Shown here piece by piece: positions 21,093 to 30,323 of a stretch of 64,000 nucleotides of DNA. Each line of letters begins with the position of its first letter. The first letter of the stretch is position 1. The stretch spans positions 2,816,001-2,880,000 of the forward strand of contig CBDBZU010000004.1 in NCBI GenBank assembly GCA_965213625.1. Direction: 5' to 3'. The notes beneath the pieces were generated by a model. It ran no database searches, was not told the origin of the DNA, and saw nothing but the letters and a program-made list of their open reading frames with translations. Both the position numbers and the translations under genes were made by a program. Source of the DNA: a bacterium (GTDB lineage Bacteria; UBA8248).

Positions 21093-21191
21093 GCGAGTTC
21101 TATAAAGAGAACTTGCACAGCCGAGGGCGTTCACATATAGCCGATACGTCCACGATCCCTTCTTCACTGAAGGATTTTGGAGGTTAATCGC

Positions 21192-23678
21192 GTGATCCAT
21201 CGAACCGGCATTGGAAAAACTGCCGGAAAATCCCAAAACATCTTTTTACGTCAATTTGCGTTGCTGGGGCGGTTTCTCGCGGATTGTGTTCTGTCATTCA
21301 CAAACACGAGGGCGTATCCATGGGTCCTGGGCGTAACGCTCTCTACTTTGCTCTCGTTTCTTCTTACAACCGATCTGTCGGCGCCACGTGTATCTTTTGA
21401 AGTGGGTGATGTGGTGCCCAGGGATGTAAAAGCACCTCAAGATATGCGTGTGGTCGATCCGATCGCCACGAATGCGAAGCGCCAGGCAGCCAGAGAAAAA
21501 GTTTTGCCTCGCTACGATATCGATACACAGCTTTCTAAAGTTGTGCTCACAAAATTGAATGGTGCCTTTGAGTCCATTCAACGGACGGTAGACAAAGAAC
21601 TCGAAAATGTGAAAGCCCAGCAATTGAACATACGCACCAAACAGAAGAGTCGGTCACTATTCTCCGAATCGGAAGCTTATCGAGAGTTGTACGCTTCACC
21701 TGCCTTTATCAAGGCGGAAAGTGCGTTTCATAAGCTGGTCGGTGGCGAAGTTCCAAAAAAACTGTCGGCTTGGTTGAGAAGTGAGAGGTTTGCAAACTGG
21801 ATACAGAAGGATATCGCCAAGCTGTTAAAGGAAGCATACGCGCGCCAAATAGTGAGCGACAAGAGATTATACGCCACCCATGCGTCGAAGGGGATAACGG
21901 CACGCGACATAAGAACGGGGAATCGCGTCTCCGTCAGCCCAACCATGAGCCCTTTGGAACTCAGGCAGGTCGATAAATTACTCAAGCGAGAAGCACGGAA
22001 TGTATCCCTCAGGATTCCTTGGCGCATCAGGAGTCTGCTAGTCTCCCAAGTCTTGAAAATGGTTCAGCCAACCTTGACGTTCAACAACAGGGCGACACTC
22101 GAGAGCAGAGAAAAGGTTGCGGCTTCCGTCCCACCTGTTTCCGAAGTGCTTAAGCAAGGGGAAATGATCGTTCGCGAGGGAGAACGCTTGAACGAAGGAC
22201 AAATCATCAAACTCAAGAGCTTGGAGAAAATTTACCGACAAAGTCATGTCTTCGGTAACTTCACTGGCACAGCTTTGGTGATTTTCATCTTGCTCATTCT
22301 TGCATGGATTTGTGTGCAAAAATACGATGGGAGTTTTTTGTCATCGCAAAAAAACGTAACACTCTTCGTGATACTGCTTTTAAGTCAAGCTGTTTTACTG
22401 AAAATGGGCATTCTGTTCTCAGAAGTGTTGCATGAAACTTTTCGGGGAATTCCGCTCCATTCGTTTTACTATATAATTCCATTTTGCTCCGCTTCTCTTC
22501 TTGCAGCCGTTTTGCAAGGACGTTCAGCAGCGGTGCTGATGGCGGTTTTCTCCGCGGTATTAACCGGACTAATTTTGCCGAACCACATCAATTTCAGCCT
22601 CATCGCCCTGGGGGGCGGCGTGCTTGCGGCCATTCGCTGGAAAGAATATCGGCGCAGGACTTCCGTGCTTATCGTAGCGCTCATCCTGGGTTTGTTGGGG
22701 GCTGCGCTCGCACTGGGGTTCAACGTACAAGAAGGTTTCGGCGCAGCGATTATTAAATGGACTGATATTCCCATCGCTTTGCTCGGCGGCCTTTCAAACG
22801 TCATTATCGTGGCGGGTGCCATGCCCTTGCTCGAGTCGATTTTCAAGCTCACGACCGATATGCGCCTTCTGGAATTGGCCGATCAGAATCACCCGTTGTT
22901 GAGAAAAATGGTCGTTAGCGCACCGGGCACCTACCACCACAGTCTTCTCGTGGGCAACTTGGCGGAGGAGGCGTCCGAGGCGATCGGTGCGAATCCGCTT
23001 CTAACACGTGTGGGTGCATATTTTCACGATATAGGCAAGATGATGAAGCCAGAGTATTTTATTGAAAATCAGGGGCGGGAAAACCGTCACGATAGACTCA
23101 AACCCAACATGAGCGCGCTTGTCCTGATCAGCCATGTGAAGGAGGGCGTCGAACTTGCGAGAAGCCATCAACTGCCAAAAGAGATTATCGATTTAATTCA
23201 ACAACATCATGGCACATCCTTGATTCGCTATTTTCATGAGAAAGCGAAGAAGCACGAAGGGGATGGCGTGACTGAAGAATTTTTTCGCTACCCGGGACCA
23301 AGACCCCAGACGAGAGAGGCGGGCATCCTGATGTTGGCTGATATGGTTGAGGCATCGTCTCACTCGCTTTCGGATCACTCTCTCGGGCGCCTTAGCGCCC
23401 TGGTGGATCGAATCGTCCAAAGTGCTTTTGTTGAGGGACAATTGGACAATTGCAGCCTCACGCTCAGAGATTTGAGCAACATTCAAGAAGCTTTCATGCG
23501 CGTTTTGGTTGGTATACATCATCACCGGATTCATTATCCAGGACAAGAAGATGCTCCCAGGAAAGGAGCCGCGAATGGAAGTCCTCATCAAAAACGATCA
23601 AAAGCTCTTCGCGCTGGATCACAAAGCGCTGAGGCAACGTTTGAAGGTCATAGAGAGAGCTCTTCAGTCCGAAGATGA
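21192..23678 (+). CDS. 7TM-HD (HDIG) membrane phosphohydrolase, PgpH-like
   Basis: N-terminal TM, large extracytoplasmic domain, multi-TM block, then APGTYHHS, FHDIGK, SHVKEG, QHHGT, LADMVEA; phoH-HD-ybeY synteny; GTG 21192 with GGAGG RBS. Confidence 0.9.
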   Translation: MIHRTGIGKTAGKSQNIFLRQFALLGRFLADCVLSFTNTRAYPWVLGVTLSTLLSFLLTTDLSAPRVSFEVGDVVPRDVKAPQDMRVVDPIATNAKRQAAREKVLPRYDIDTQLSKVVLTKLNGAFESIQRTVDKELENVKAQQLNIRTKQKSRSLFSESEAYRELYASPAFIKAESAFHKLVGGEVPKKLSAWLRSERFANWIQKDIAKLLKEAYARQIVSDKRLYATHASKGITARDIRTGNRVSVSPTMSPLELRQVDKLLKREARNVSLRIPWRIRSLLVSQVLKMVQPTLTFNNRATLESREKVAASVPPVSEVLKQGEMIVREGERLNEGQIIKLKSLEKIYRQSHVFGNFTGTALVIFILLILAWICVQKYDGSFLSSQKNVTLFVILLLSQAVLLKMGILFSEVLHETFRGIPLHSFYYIIPFCSASLLAAVLQGRSAAVLMAVFSAVLTGLILPNHINFSLIALGGGVLAAIRWKEYRRRTSVLIVALILGLLGAALALGFNVQEGFGAAIIKWTDIPIALLGGLSNVIIVAGAMPLLESIFKLTTDMRLLELADQNHPLLRKMVVSAPGTYHHSLLVGNLAEEASEAIGANPLLTRVGAYFHDIGKMMKPEYFIENQGRENRHDRLKPNMSALVLISHVKEGVELARSHQLPKEIIDLIQQHHGTSLIRYFHEKAKKHEGDGVTEEFFRYPGPRPQTREAGILMLADMVEASSHSLSDHSLGRLSALVDRIVQSAFVEGQLDNCSLTLRDLSNIQEAFMRVLVGIHHHRIHYPGQEDAPRKGAANGSPHQKRSKALRAGSQSAEATFEGHRESSSVRR

Positions 23679-24057
23679 TTGGATCAGCCTTGCTTTCATT
23701 CGAGACGAGGAGATGCGGGCTTTAAATTCTCGATATCGGGGAGAAGATGAAACAACGGATGTATTGGCATTTCCGCCTACCGACTTCTTCCCACATGGGG
23801 GTGAGCAAGAAGAGGGGAAGTCATTCTTGGGAGAAGTAGTCATCTGCGTAGATGAAGTGCTTCGCCAAGCGGAAACGGAGGCGGTAGATTACGGACTCAT
23901 GGCAGGTCGCCTGCTCGTACATGGCCTTTTGCACCTAAAAGGGTATGATCATTACACGAAGTCGGAATCAGCGCGCATGAGTGAGGAAGAGAAAAGGATA
24001 GCCTTTCTACTGAACGGGGGATGGCTGTCTCGACAAAAACCGGGGAATCTTGAGTAA
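23575..24057 (+). CDS. ybeY: rRNA maturation endoribonuclease YbeY
   Basis: LNSRYRG...TDVLAF, LGEVVI, HGLLHLKGYDH; ATG 23575 with AAGGAG RBS. Confidence 0.95.
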   Translation: MEVLIKNDQKLFALDHKALRQRLKVIERALQSEDDWISLAFIRDEEMRALNSRYRGEDETTDVLAFPPTDFFPHGGEQEEGKSFLGEVVICVDEVLRQAETEAVDYGLMAGRLLVHGLLHLKGYDHYTKSESARMSEEEKRIAFLLNGGWLSRQKPGNLE

Positions 24058-24236
24058 ATAATTGTAGGCACGACGACGTAGAAAATTTTCAGTTATTTAC
24101 ACATCGTATCTCGTATGAGAGATCATATTGTTGCTCGTCCGCGGTGGAGCGTAAGTGATACCCTAAAATTATAGACATTCTGCAATCAATTCCGCCCTGA
24201 TTTTGAATTCTGAAACCCTATGGACTTGGTGGTGAT

Positions 24237-24635
24237 ATGGGTAGTCTTCGACTCATCATCGGTTTGATTCTGGCTTTGGCGATATCGAGCTTCGGTGTCA
24301 TCAACATGCAACCGGTGACCGTTGCCTATTATCAGGGCAGCTTCAACTTGCCTCTTTTTTATGTGCTTTTGGCCGTGTTCGCATGTGGATTCATGGTGGC
24401 ATGGCTTGGAGGGGCATTGGATAGATTGAAGTTCAGGAACCAGATAGGAAAATTGAAGCGCGAAGTAAAGACGATGGAGATTAATCTGGACGAGGTGCGA
24501 GAGAAAAGCGGCAAGCTTCTTACGATGGGAAATACACAAGACGATGAATCCGCTAGCGCAATTGATAAATCAACACCAGAAACTGAATCCAAATCTCAGA
24601 TGAGCTTATCCCCCCGCGATTCAAAGGCGAAGTAG
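24237..24635 (+). CDS. lapA: LapA (DUF1049) family membrane protein
   Basis: TM-F..IN.QPV...Y-LPL-TM followed by a coiled coil, the typical LapA layout. Confidence 0.75.
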   Translation: MGSLRLIIGLILALAISSFGVINMQPVTVAYYQGSFNLPLFYVLLAVFACGFMVAWLGGALDRLKFRNQIGKLKREVKTMEINLDEVREKSGKLLTMGNTQDDESASAIDKSTPETESKSQMSLSPRDSKAK

Positions 24636-24637
24636 GT

Positions 24638-27319
24638 ATGTCTCCCCACAAAGGCGCCCTGCAAACAAAGAAAGAAAAAAAAACATCAAGCAATAGGCGC
24701 AGTGGTCCGTCTCCTGCAATGCGCCAATACCTGGAAATCAAAAGACGCTATCCGGACGCGATGCTGTTTTTTCAGTTGGGTGATTTTTTTGAAATGTTTT
24801 ATGAAGATGCGAAACTCGGGGCGAAAGTGCTGGAACTCGCATTAACATCGCGCCAGAGTGATGACAAAGGGCCCATACCTATGTGTGGTGTGCCTTGTCA
24901 TTCGGCTTCCTCTTATTGTGGACGATTGTTGGAAGCGGGTTTTAAAGTCGCTATTTGCGAGCAGGTGGAAGACACGGGAGAAAGCAAGGGTGTGGTAAGG
25001 CGTGAGGTGACTCGCGTTCTCACACCGGGCACCTCGATTGCCGACCTCAAATTACTTGATAGTAAGGAATCGCAATACTTGGCGGGTATCACCGTATCGG
25101 CGAGGGAAGGTGAGGCGCTTTGGGGAATGGCATGGCTGGATAGTTCGACCGGTGAGTTTTGTGCGACCCAGGCGGAAGGAGATGCCGCCGAGACGCTTAT
25201 TTGCAATCAATTGGAGAGACTCTCTCCTCGCGAACTCATTTTGCCGGATGTATTTTCCCCGCCCGATGAGTTGAAAAACAAAATTGATGAACTAAGCATT
25301 CATGTTGAAAAAAGGCCGGCCGCCACTTTTCATGAGCCACTTGATTTCAACGGCCTGGATACTATATTTCCAGATGAAGAAAATGTTCGGACGAACCCGT
25401 CTGCTGTTGATTCCGCCGTAGGCATTTTGGCGTATCTCAAAGAAAACCAGCCTGGCGATTTCCCCCATCTCAAGCCTGTGCTTTTTTCCCGACTCTCGGA
25501 CACTATGATTCTCGATGCCGCCACTTTGCGAAATTTAGAACTCACTCGCTCGGCGATGGATCGTGGGAAAAAAGGTACTTTATTTGGTTTGTTGGATGAG
25601 ACGCAGACAGGTATGGGAGGGCGATTGCTGAAAAAATGGGTCCTTTCACCATTGATTCAAAAACAAGCCATTGATTTTCGTGCCGAATCCGTAGAAGAAC
25701 TCGTGAATGATTCCGAAATTCTGAATCAGTTCAAAAACGCTATTGAGCCCATTCAAGATATCGAGCGGCTCCTGGGACGTGTGGGGTCTCAAACTGCGAA
25801 TGCCCGAGATATAGCTGGACTTGGCGGGTCTTTGGCTATGTTGCCGGAGGTCTATGAGGCGATCAAAGGGATGGCTTCGGAGTTGTTTCATTCGGTCGTA
25901 ACGGGGTGGGATTCTCTCGATGATGTAGCGTTGGAACTCAAAAACGCGATTGTGGATGAGCCGCCTGTTTCGATTCGAGAGGGTGGAATTTTTCGCACTG
26001 ATTATGATCAGGAACTTGCAAGGTTGAGAAAGGCGCAGCAGGAGGGTGATTTGTGGCTAAAGGATTATGAAAACAGAGAAAAAGAACGAACGGGACTGCC
26101 TGTGAAAATAGGGTTCAATCGCGTTTTTGGATATTATCTAGAGATATCCAAACGCTTCAGTGATCAGGCGCCAATGGAATATACGCGCAAGCAGACCCTC
26201 GTTTCTGCTGAGCGATACATTACTTCCGAGTTAAAAAAAATGGAAGAAGACATTCTCGGCGCAGAGGAGAGAGCCCATCATCTCGAGTTCATGCTTTTTG
26301 GACGCTTAAGAGCGCAATTATCAAAACAAGCCAAGCGCATTCTTGCCGCCGCTGAGAAAATAGCGATCATAGATGCTATTTTATCCTTGGCGCTTGTTGC
26401 GCGCAAATATGGATATGTCCGACCCCAAATTTTGGATTCTACAGAGCTTGAAATTGTCGAGGGGAGGCATCCCGTCATGGAAGCGGAGAATCCTGGCATA
26501 TCTTTCGTTCCGAACAATTTATCGATCCGTGACGATCACCGAATTCTCATCATTACAGGGCCGAATATGGCGGGAAAATCCACTTACCTGCGTCAATCAG
26601 CGCTGCTCATCCTGATGGCGCAAATTGGCAGTTTCGTACCAGCCAAGAGCGCGAAAATCGGTTTAGTCGATAGAGTGTTCACACGCGTTGGCGCGCATGA
26701 CCGACTGTTGGAGGGACAAAGCACTTTCATGGTTGAGATGGTGGAAACGGCCACCATATTAAGAGAGTCGACGCAAAAGAGTTTCATCGTGCTGGATGAG
26801 GTCGGGCGAGGCACGAGTACATATGATGGAGTGAGCATCGCTTGGTCGATTGTAGAGTATCTTCATAATGAGGTCCTTCACAGGGCGAGGACATTGTTCG
26901 CGACCCATTATCATGAGTTGGCCGAGCTCTCAAAAGAGCTCACCAGTGTGAAAAACTTGACGGTCGAAGTTCGAGAGTGGGGAGATGAAATAGTATTCTT
27001 GCGAAAAGTAAGCGATGGCAGTTGCGATAGAAGCTACGGTATTCAGGTTGGCAGGTTGGCTGGGCTTCCAGAGGAAGTGATCGACCGAGCCAAGACTTTG
27101 CTCTCAAAGTTTGAGAGTACGGAGACAATTTCCAGTTCCAGTGAGGAAAGAAATATTTGGGAAAATCGCCAGGGGAATGGGCAATTGCCTTTATTTTCAT
27201 GTAAGGAATCGCAGATTGAGCAAGTGTTGAAAGACCTTGAACCAGATTCCATGACACCTCGTCAGGCTCTCGATACCATTTATGAACTCCGGAAGATCAT
27301 GGCGGACGTTGAGCAGTAA
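24638..27319 (+). CDS. mutS: DNA mismatch repair protein MutS
   Basis: PAMRQY, GDFFEMF, GPNMAGKST, STFMVEM, LDEVGRGTSTYDG, FATHYHEL, SYGIQV. Confidence 0.98.
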   Translation: MSPHKGALQTKKEKKTSSNRRSGPSPAMRQYLEIKRRYPDAMLFFQLGDFFEMFYEDAKLGAKVLELALTSRQSDDKGPIPMCGVPCHSASSYCGRLLEAGFKVAICEQVEDTGESKGVVRREVTRVLTPGTSIADLKLLDSKESQYLAGITVSAREGEALWGMAWLDSSTGEFCATQAEGDAAETLICNQLERLSPRELILPDVFSPPDELKNKIDELSIHVEKRPAATFHEPLDFNGLDTIFPDEENVRTNPSAVDSAVGILAYLKENQPGDFPHLKPVLFSRLSDTMILDAATLRNLELTRSAMDRGKKGTLFGLLDETQTGMGGRLLKKWVLSPLIQKQAIDFRAESVEELVNDSEILNQFKNAIEPIQDIERLLGRVGSQTANARDIAGLGGSLAMLPEVYEAIKGMASELFHSVVTGWDSLDDVALELKNAIVDEPPVSIREGGIFRTDYDQELARLRKAQQEGDLWLKDYENREKERTGLPVKIGFNRVFGYYLEISKRFSDQAPMEYTRKQTLVSAERYITSELKKMEEDILGAEERAHHLEFMLFGRLRAQLSKQAKRILAAAEKIAIIDAILSLALVARKYGYVRPQILDSTELEIVEGRHPVMEAENPGISFVPNNLSIRDDHRILIITGPNMAGKSTYLRQSALLILMAQIGSFVPAKSAKIGLVDRVFTRVGAHDRLLEGQSTFMVEMVETATILRESTQKSFIVLDEVGRGTSTYDGVSIAWSIVEYLHNEVLHRARTLFATHYHELAELSKELTSVKNLTVEVREWGDEIVFLRKVSDGSCDRSYGIQVGRLAGLPEEVIDRAKTLLSKFESTETISSSSEERNIWENRQGNGQLPLFSCKESQIEQVLKDLEPDSMTPRQALDTIYELRKIMADVEQ

Positions 27320-27449
27320 AAAAAGTGGAACCAGGTTATGGCGCACCATCTGGAAGTTCTTCATGAGCATGAAGATAGAGAAGCCAAACAAGGCATTGAG
27401 AGCTTTATTCATATGCGATAGCATTGAATTCCAAGGCCAAGGGGAACAT

Positions 27450-28055
27450 ATGTTGTCTAACACCCGGAAAACATTTGTTCTTAGGAAATGCGCCATAGCC
27501 ATCTGTATGGTTTTCGTTTTGGTGGGGCCGGCGCTTTCTGCAACAGATAATCAAGATGGAATCCGACTAAAAGATATTATTGTCATCAAGAAAAATGGGC
27601 AGTTGCTTGTTTTTGGTTCTCTCTTGGGTGCATTTTCTCCAAAATTGTTAGAAGCCATTCATAGCGGTGTGACTACGAAGTTCATCTTTGATGTAAGTCT
27701 CTTTCGCACTCGCAAGCTGATTTATGACTTGGAAGTCACCTCACGGCAATTACATCATCAAGTGAAATATAGTGCTTTAAAAAAAACATACACTTTTTAC
27801 CTCAAAGAAGGTGCGAAAGAGATCGAGAGAAAAGTGACGAGAAGCCAAGGTGAAATGACCGACTGGATGCGTGAATTGAATGGCACGCCCATCGGCTCCG
27901 GTAAGACATTGTCCCCCAAAAGTCGATATTATGTAAAAATAAGAGCGCGGTTGAATCAAGTAGATTTTGTTTTTCCCTTTAATTACTTGCTTGCTTTTTG
28001 GGGGAAGAAATCTGATTGGAACTATTCGCCGACATTTAGTTCTGAGGGAATGTGA
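27450..28055 (+). CDS. DUF4390-like exported protein
   Basis: Signal-peptide-like N-terminus, EAIHSGV..KFIFDV, VKYSAL..TY, YYVKIRARL; sits upstream of an NtrY-type kinase as DUF4390 genes do. Confidence 0.7.
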   Translation: MLSNTRKTFVLRKCAIAICMVFVLVGPALSATDNQDGIRLKDIIVIKKNGQLLVFGSLLGAFSPKLLEAIHSGVTTKFIFDVSLFRTRKLIYDLEVTSRQLHHQVKYSALKKTYTFYLKEGAKEIERKVTRSQGEMTDWMRELNGTPIGSGKTLSPKSRYYVKIRARLNQVDFVFPFNYLLAFWGKKSDWNYSPTFSSEGM

Positions 28056-28058
28056 ATT

Positions 28059-30323
28059 GTGTATCCAAAGCGACTGAAAAATCTGGAAATCACTTCACGT
28101 CGACGGAGAACACTTCTGCGATCATTCATCGCATTGATCATAATTGCGACTCTTTCATTCACGGCTTGGATTTATTTCAAAGAACTTGAGCCGGGAGTCC
28201 CCTTACTGAACAACGTCGTCGTATTTGCACTAGTGAATCTGAGTATCATTCTGCTCATGGTGGTTATTCTCTTGGTAGCGAAAAACTTGGTACGTCTTTA
28301 CTACGAAGGGAGAACGGGCGCTGGTCGATCGCGTTTGCAATTAAAGCTTGTCTTGGCATTTGTCGGATTTACGCTCATTCCTGTAGTGGCTCTTTTTGTG
28401 GTAGCCAGCGGTTTGATTAATCAAAGTTTTAACGCCCTGTTCAACATGAATGTGGAGAGTGCGCTTAAGGGGTCGTTCGAGGTGGCCCAAACCTATTATC
28501 GCGAGGTGGAGCGAAACACACTATTCAGTGCGAGTCGACTAGCGCTTGCATTGGAGAAGGCGCATCCCGATACATTACAAAACTCCAAGGCAATTGAAGG
28601 AATTTTAGAGTCGGAGAGAAAGAGCTTCGGAGCAGATATTATCCAACTCTATGATCGAAAGAGAAACGAGATCGTATCGGTCAGGCGACCTGGGTTAGAA
28701 CGAGACGTAAAGTTTTCGCCATTGGTTGGATACGTGGATCAGGTGATCGATGGGGAATCGCGCTCAAGTATAGAAAATTGGGAAAAAGGCGATGTCATCT
28801 ACGGCGTAGCGCCTTTGAAAATACAGAAAAAAGTGGTGGGGTTTATCGTCGCATCCAAATATGTGCCTGACAGGCTCGTGGAAAAGATTAGGAACATATC
28901 GGATTCTTTTGTAAATTATAAAGAATTGGAACTTTCCAAGAACCCAATCAAAGCTAACTACATTATCACCTTCTTAGTGGTTACTTTGCTTATTCTCTTT
29001 GCCGCCATATGGTTTGGCTTCTACCTCGCTCGCGGAATCACTGTTCCCATCGAAAAATTAGCGGACGCTACAAGGGCGGTGTCTGACGGCGATCTCGAAC
29101 ATCGCGTAGATGCGCAAACAGATGGTGAAGTGGGGATTTTGGTCAACGCCTTTAACAGCATGACGGAAGAATTGCTGGCTAACAAAGAAAAAATCGAAGA
29201 GTCCTCTGAAATTTTACGCCGTTCCAACTTGGAAATCGACAGAAGACGTAGATATATGGAAGCGATGCTCGAAAATATTGGAGCGGGTGTGATATCAATC
29301 AATCGCAGAGGGCGCGTTACAATTCTCAACAAAGCGGCAGGGGAATTATTGAGCATTGAACCTCAGGATGCCGTGGGACGAATGTTCAGCGAGGTTTTCG
29401 AAAGCGCGCATCTCGAGCCTGTTCGTCAGTTGATGCGTTCCATGAGAGATCGAGAACACCAAAGCGCTTCAAAACAAGTGGAGGTCATGATTGATGGCCA
29501 TGTAATTACGCTACGCGCAAGCTTAACCCTGCTCAAAAGCGCTGATGGCGGCAGGCTAGGGGCTGTTATTGTATTTGATGATATGACGGCCTTGATTCGG
29601 GCTCAAAAAGTGGCCGCATGGCAAGAGGTGGCTCGCGGCATCGCGCATGAGATCAAAAATCCACTTACTCCGATTCAACTCTCTGCTCAGAGAATGAGGC
29701 GGAAATTTGAGAGTGAGTCTTACGACTTTGCTGAAGTATTCGAATCTTGCACGGATACCATTATCAATCAGGTGACAAGTTTGATTGAAATGGTGAATGA
29801 ATTCAGCCGGTTTGCGAGAATGCCAGAGCCGAGATTGAGGCTTTGTGAATTTGTGCCCCTTATTGAAGAAGTTGCAAATTTATATCGTGGCAGAAAGGGG
29901 AATGTGAAATTTTCTATCCATATCAACACCGAGAATGCAGCTGTCATGGCAGATCCCGAGCAGTTGCAGCGCGTGTTCATCAATTTGTTGGAAAACGCTT
30001 TTGAATCGCACGAAATCGGAGGTGAGATAGATTTGCAATCATGGAGTGATATGGACAGAAATCTGATAGTTGTTGAAGTTGCCGACCAAGGGCAGGGCAT
30101 ATCGGAAGATATGAAAGACCATATTTTCTCACCGTACTTTTCTACTAAAGATCGGGGTTCTGGTTTAGGTTTGGCTATATGCAACCGTATTGTAGCAGAT
30201 CATAATGGGACCATTAACGTGCGGGATAATCACCCAGCGGGTTCCGTTTTTCGCGTAACGTTGCCGCTGGCGCCTGCAGTAGACATTACGCCTGAAAAGC
30301 AAAGGACAGCTTCCATTGGATAA
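28059..30323 (+). CDS. ntrY: NtrY-type sensor histidine kinase (TM, periplasmic, HAMP, PAS, HisKA, HATPase)
   Basis: Three N-terminal TM helices, HAMP (LARGITVPIEKL..AT..V..GDL), PAS, H-box AWQEVARGIAHEIKNPLTPIQLSA, N box, DQGQG, GSGLGLAI. Confidence 0.9.
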   Translation: MYPKRLKNLEITSRRRRTLLRSFIALIIIATLSFTAWIYFKELEPGVPLLNNVVVFALVNLSIILLMVVILLVAKNLVRLYYEGRTGAGRSRLQLKLVLAFVGFTLIPVVALFVVASGLINQSFNALFNMNVESALKGSFEVAQTYYREVERNTLFSASRLALALEKAHPDTLQNSKAIEGILESERKSFGADIIQLYDRKRNEIVSVRRPGLERDVKFSPLVGYVDQVIDGESRSSIENWEKGDVIYGVAPLKIQKKVVGFIVASKYVPDRLVEKIRNISDSFVNYKELELSKNPIKANYIITFLVVTLLILFAAIWFGFYLARGITVPIEKLADATRAVSDGDLEHRVDAQTDGEVGILVNAFNSMTEELLANKEKIEESSEILRRSNLEIDRRRRYMEAMLENIGAGVISINRRGRVTILNKAAGELLSIEPQDAVGRMFSEVFESAHLEPVRQLMRSMRDREHQSASKQVEVMIDGHVITLRASLTLLKSADGGRLGAVIVFDDMTALIRAQKVAAWQEVARGIAHEIKNPLTPIQLSAQRMRRKFESESYDFAEVFESCTDTIINQVTSLIEMVNEFSRFARMPEPRLRLCEFVPLIEEVANLYRGRKGNVKFSIHINTENAAVMADPEQLQRVFINLLENAFESHEIGGEIDLQSWSDMDRNLIVVEVADQGQGISEDMKDHIFSPYFSTKDRGSGLGLAICNRIVADHNGTINVRDNHPAGSVFRVTLPLAPAVDITPEKQRTASIG

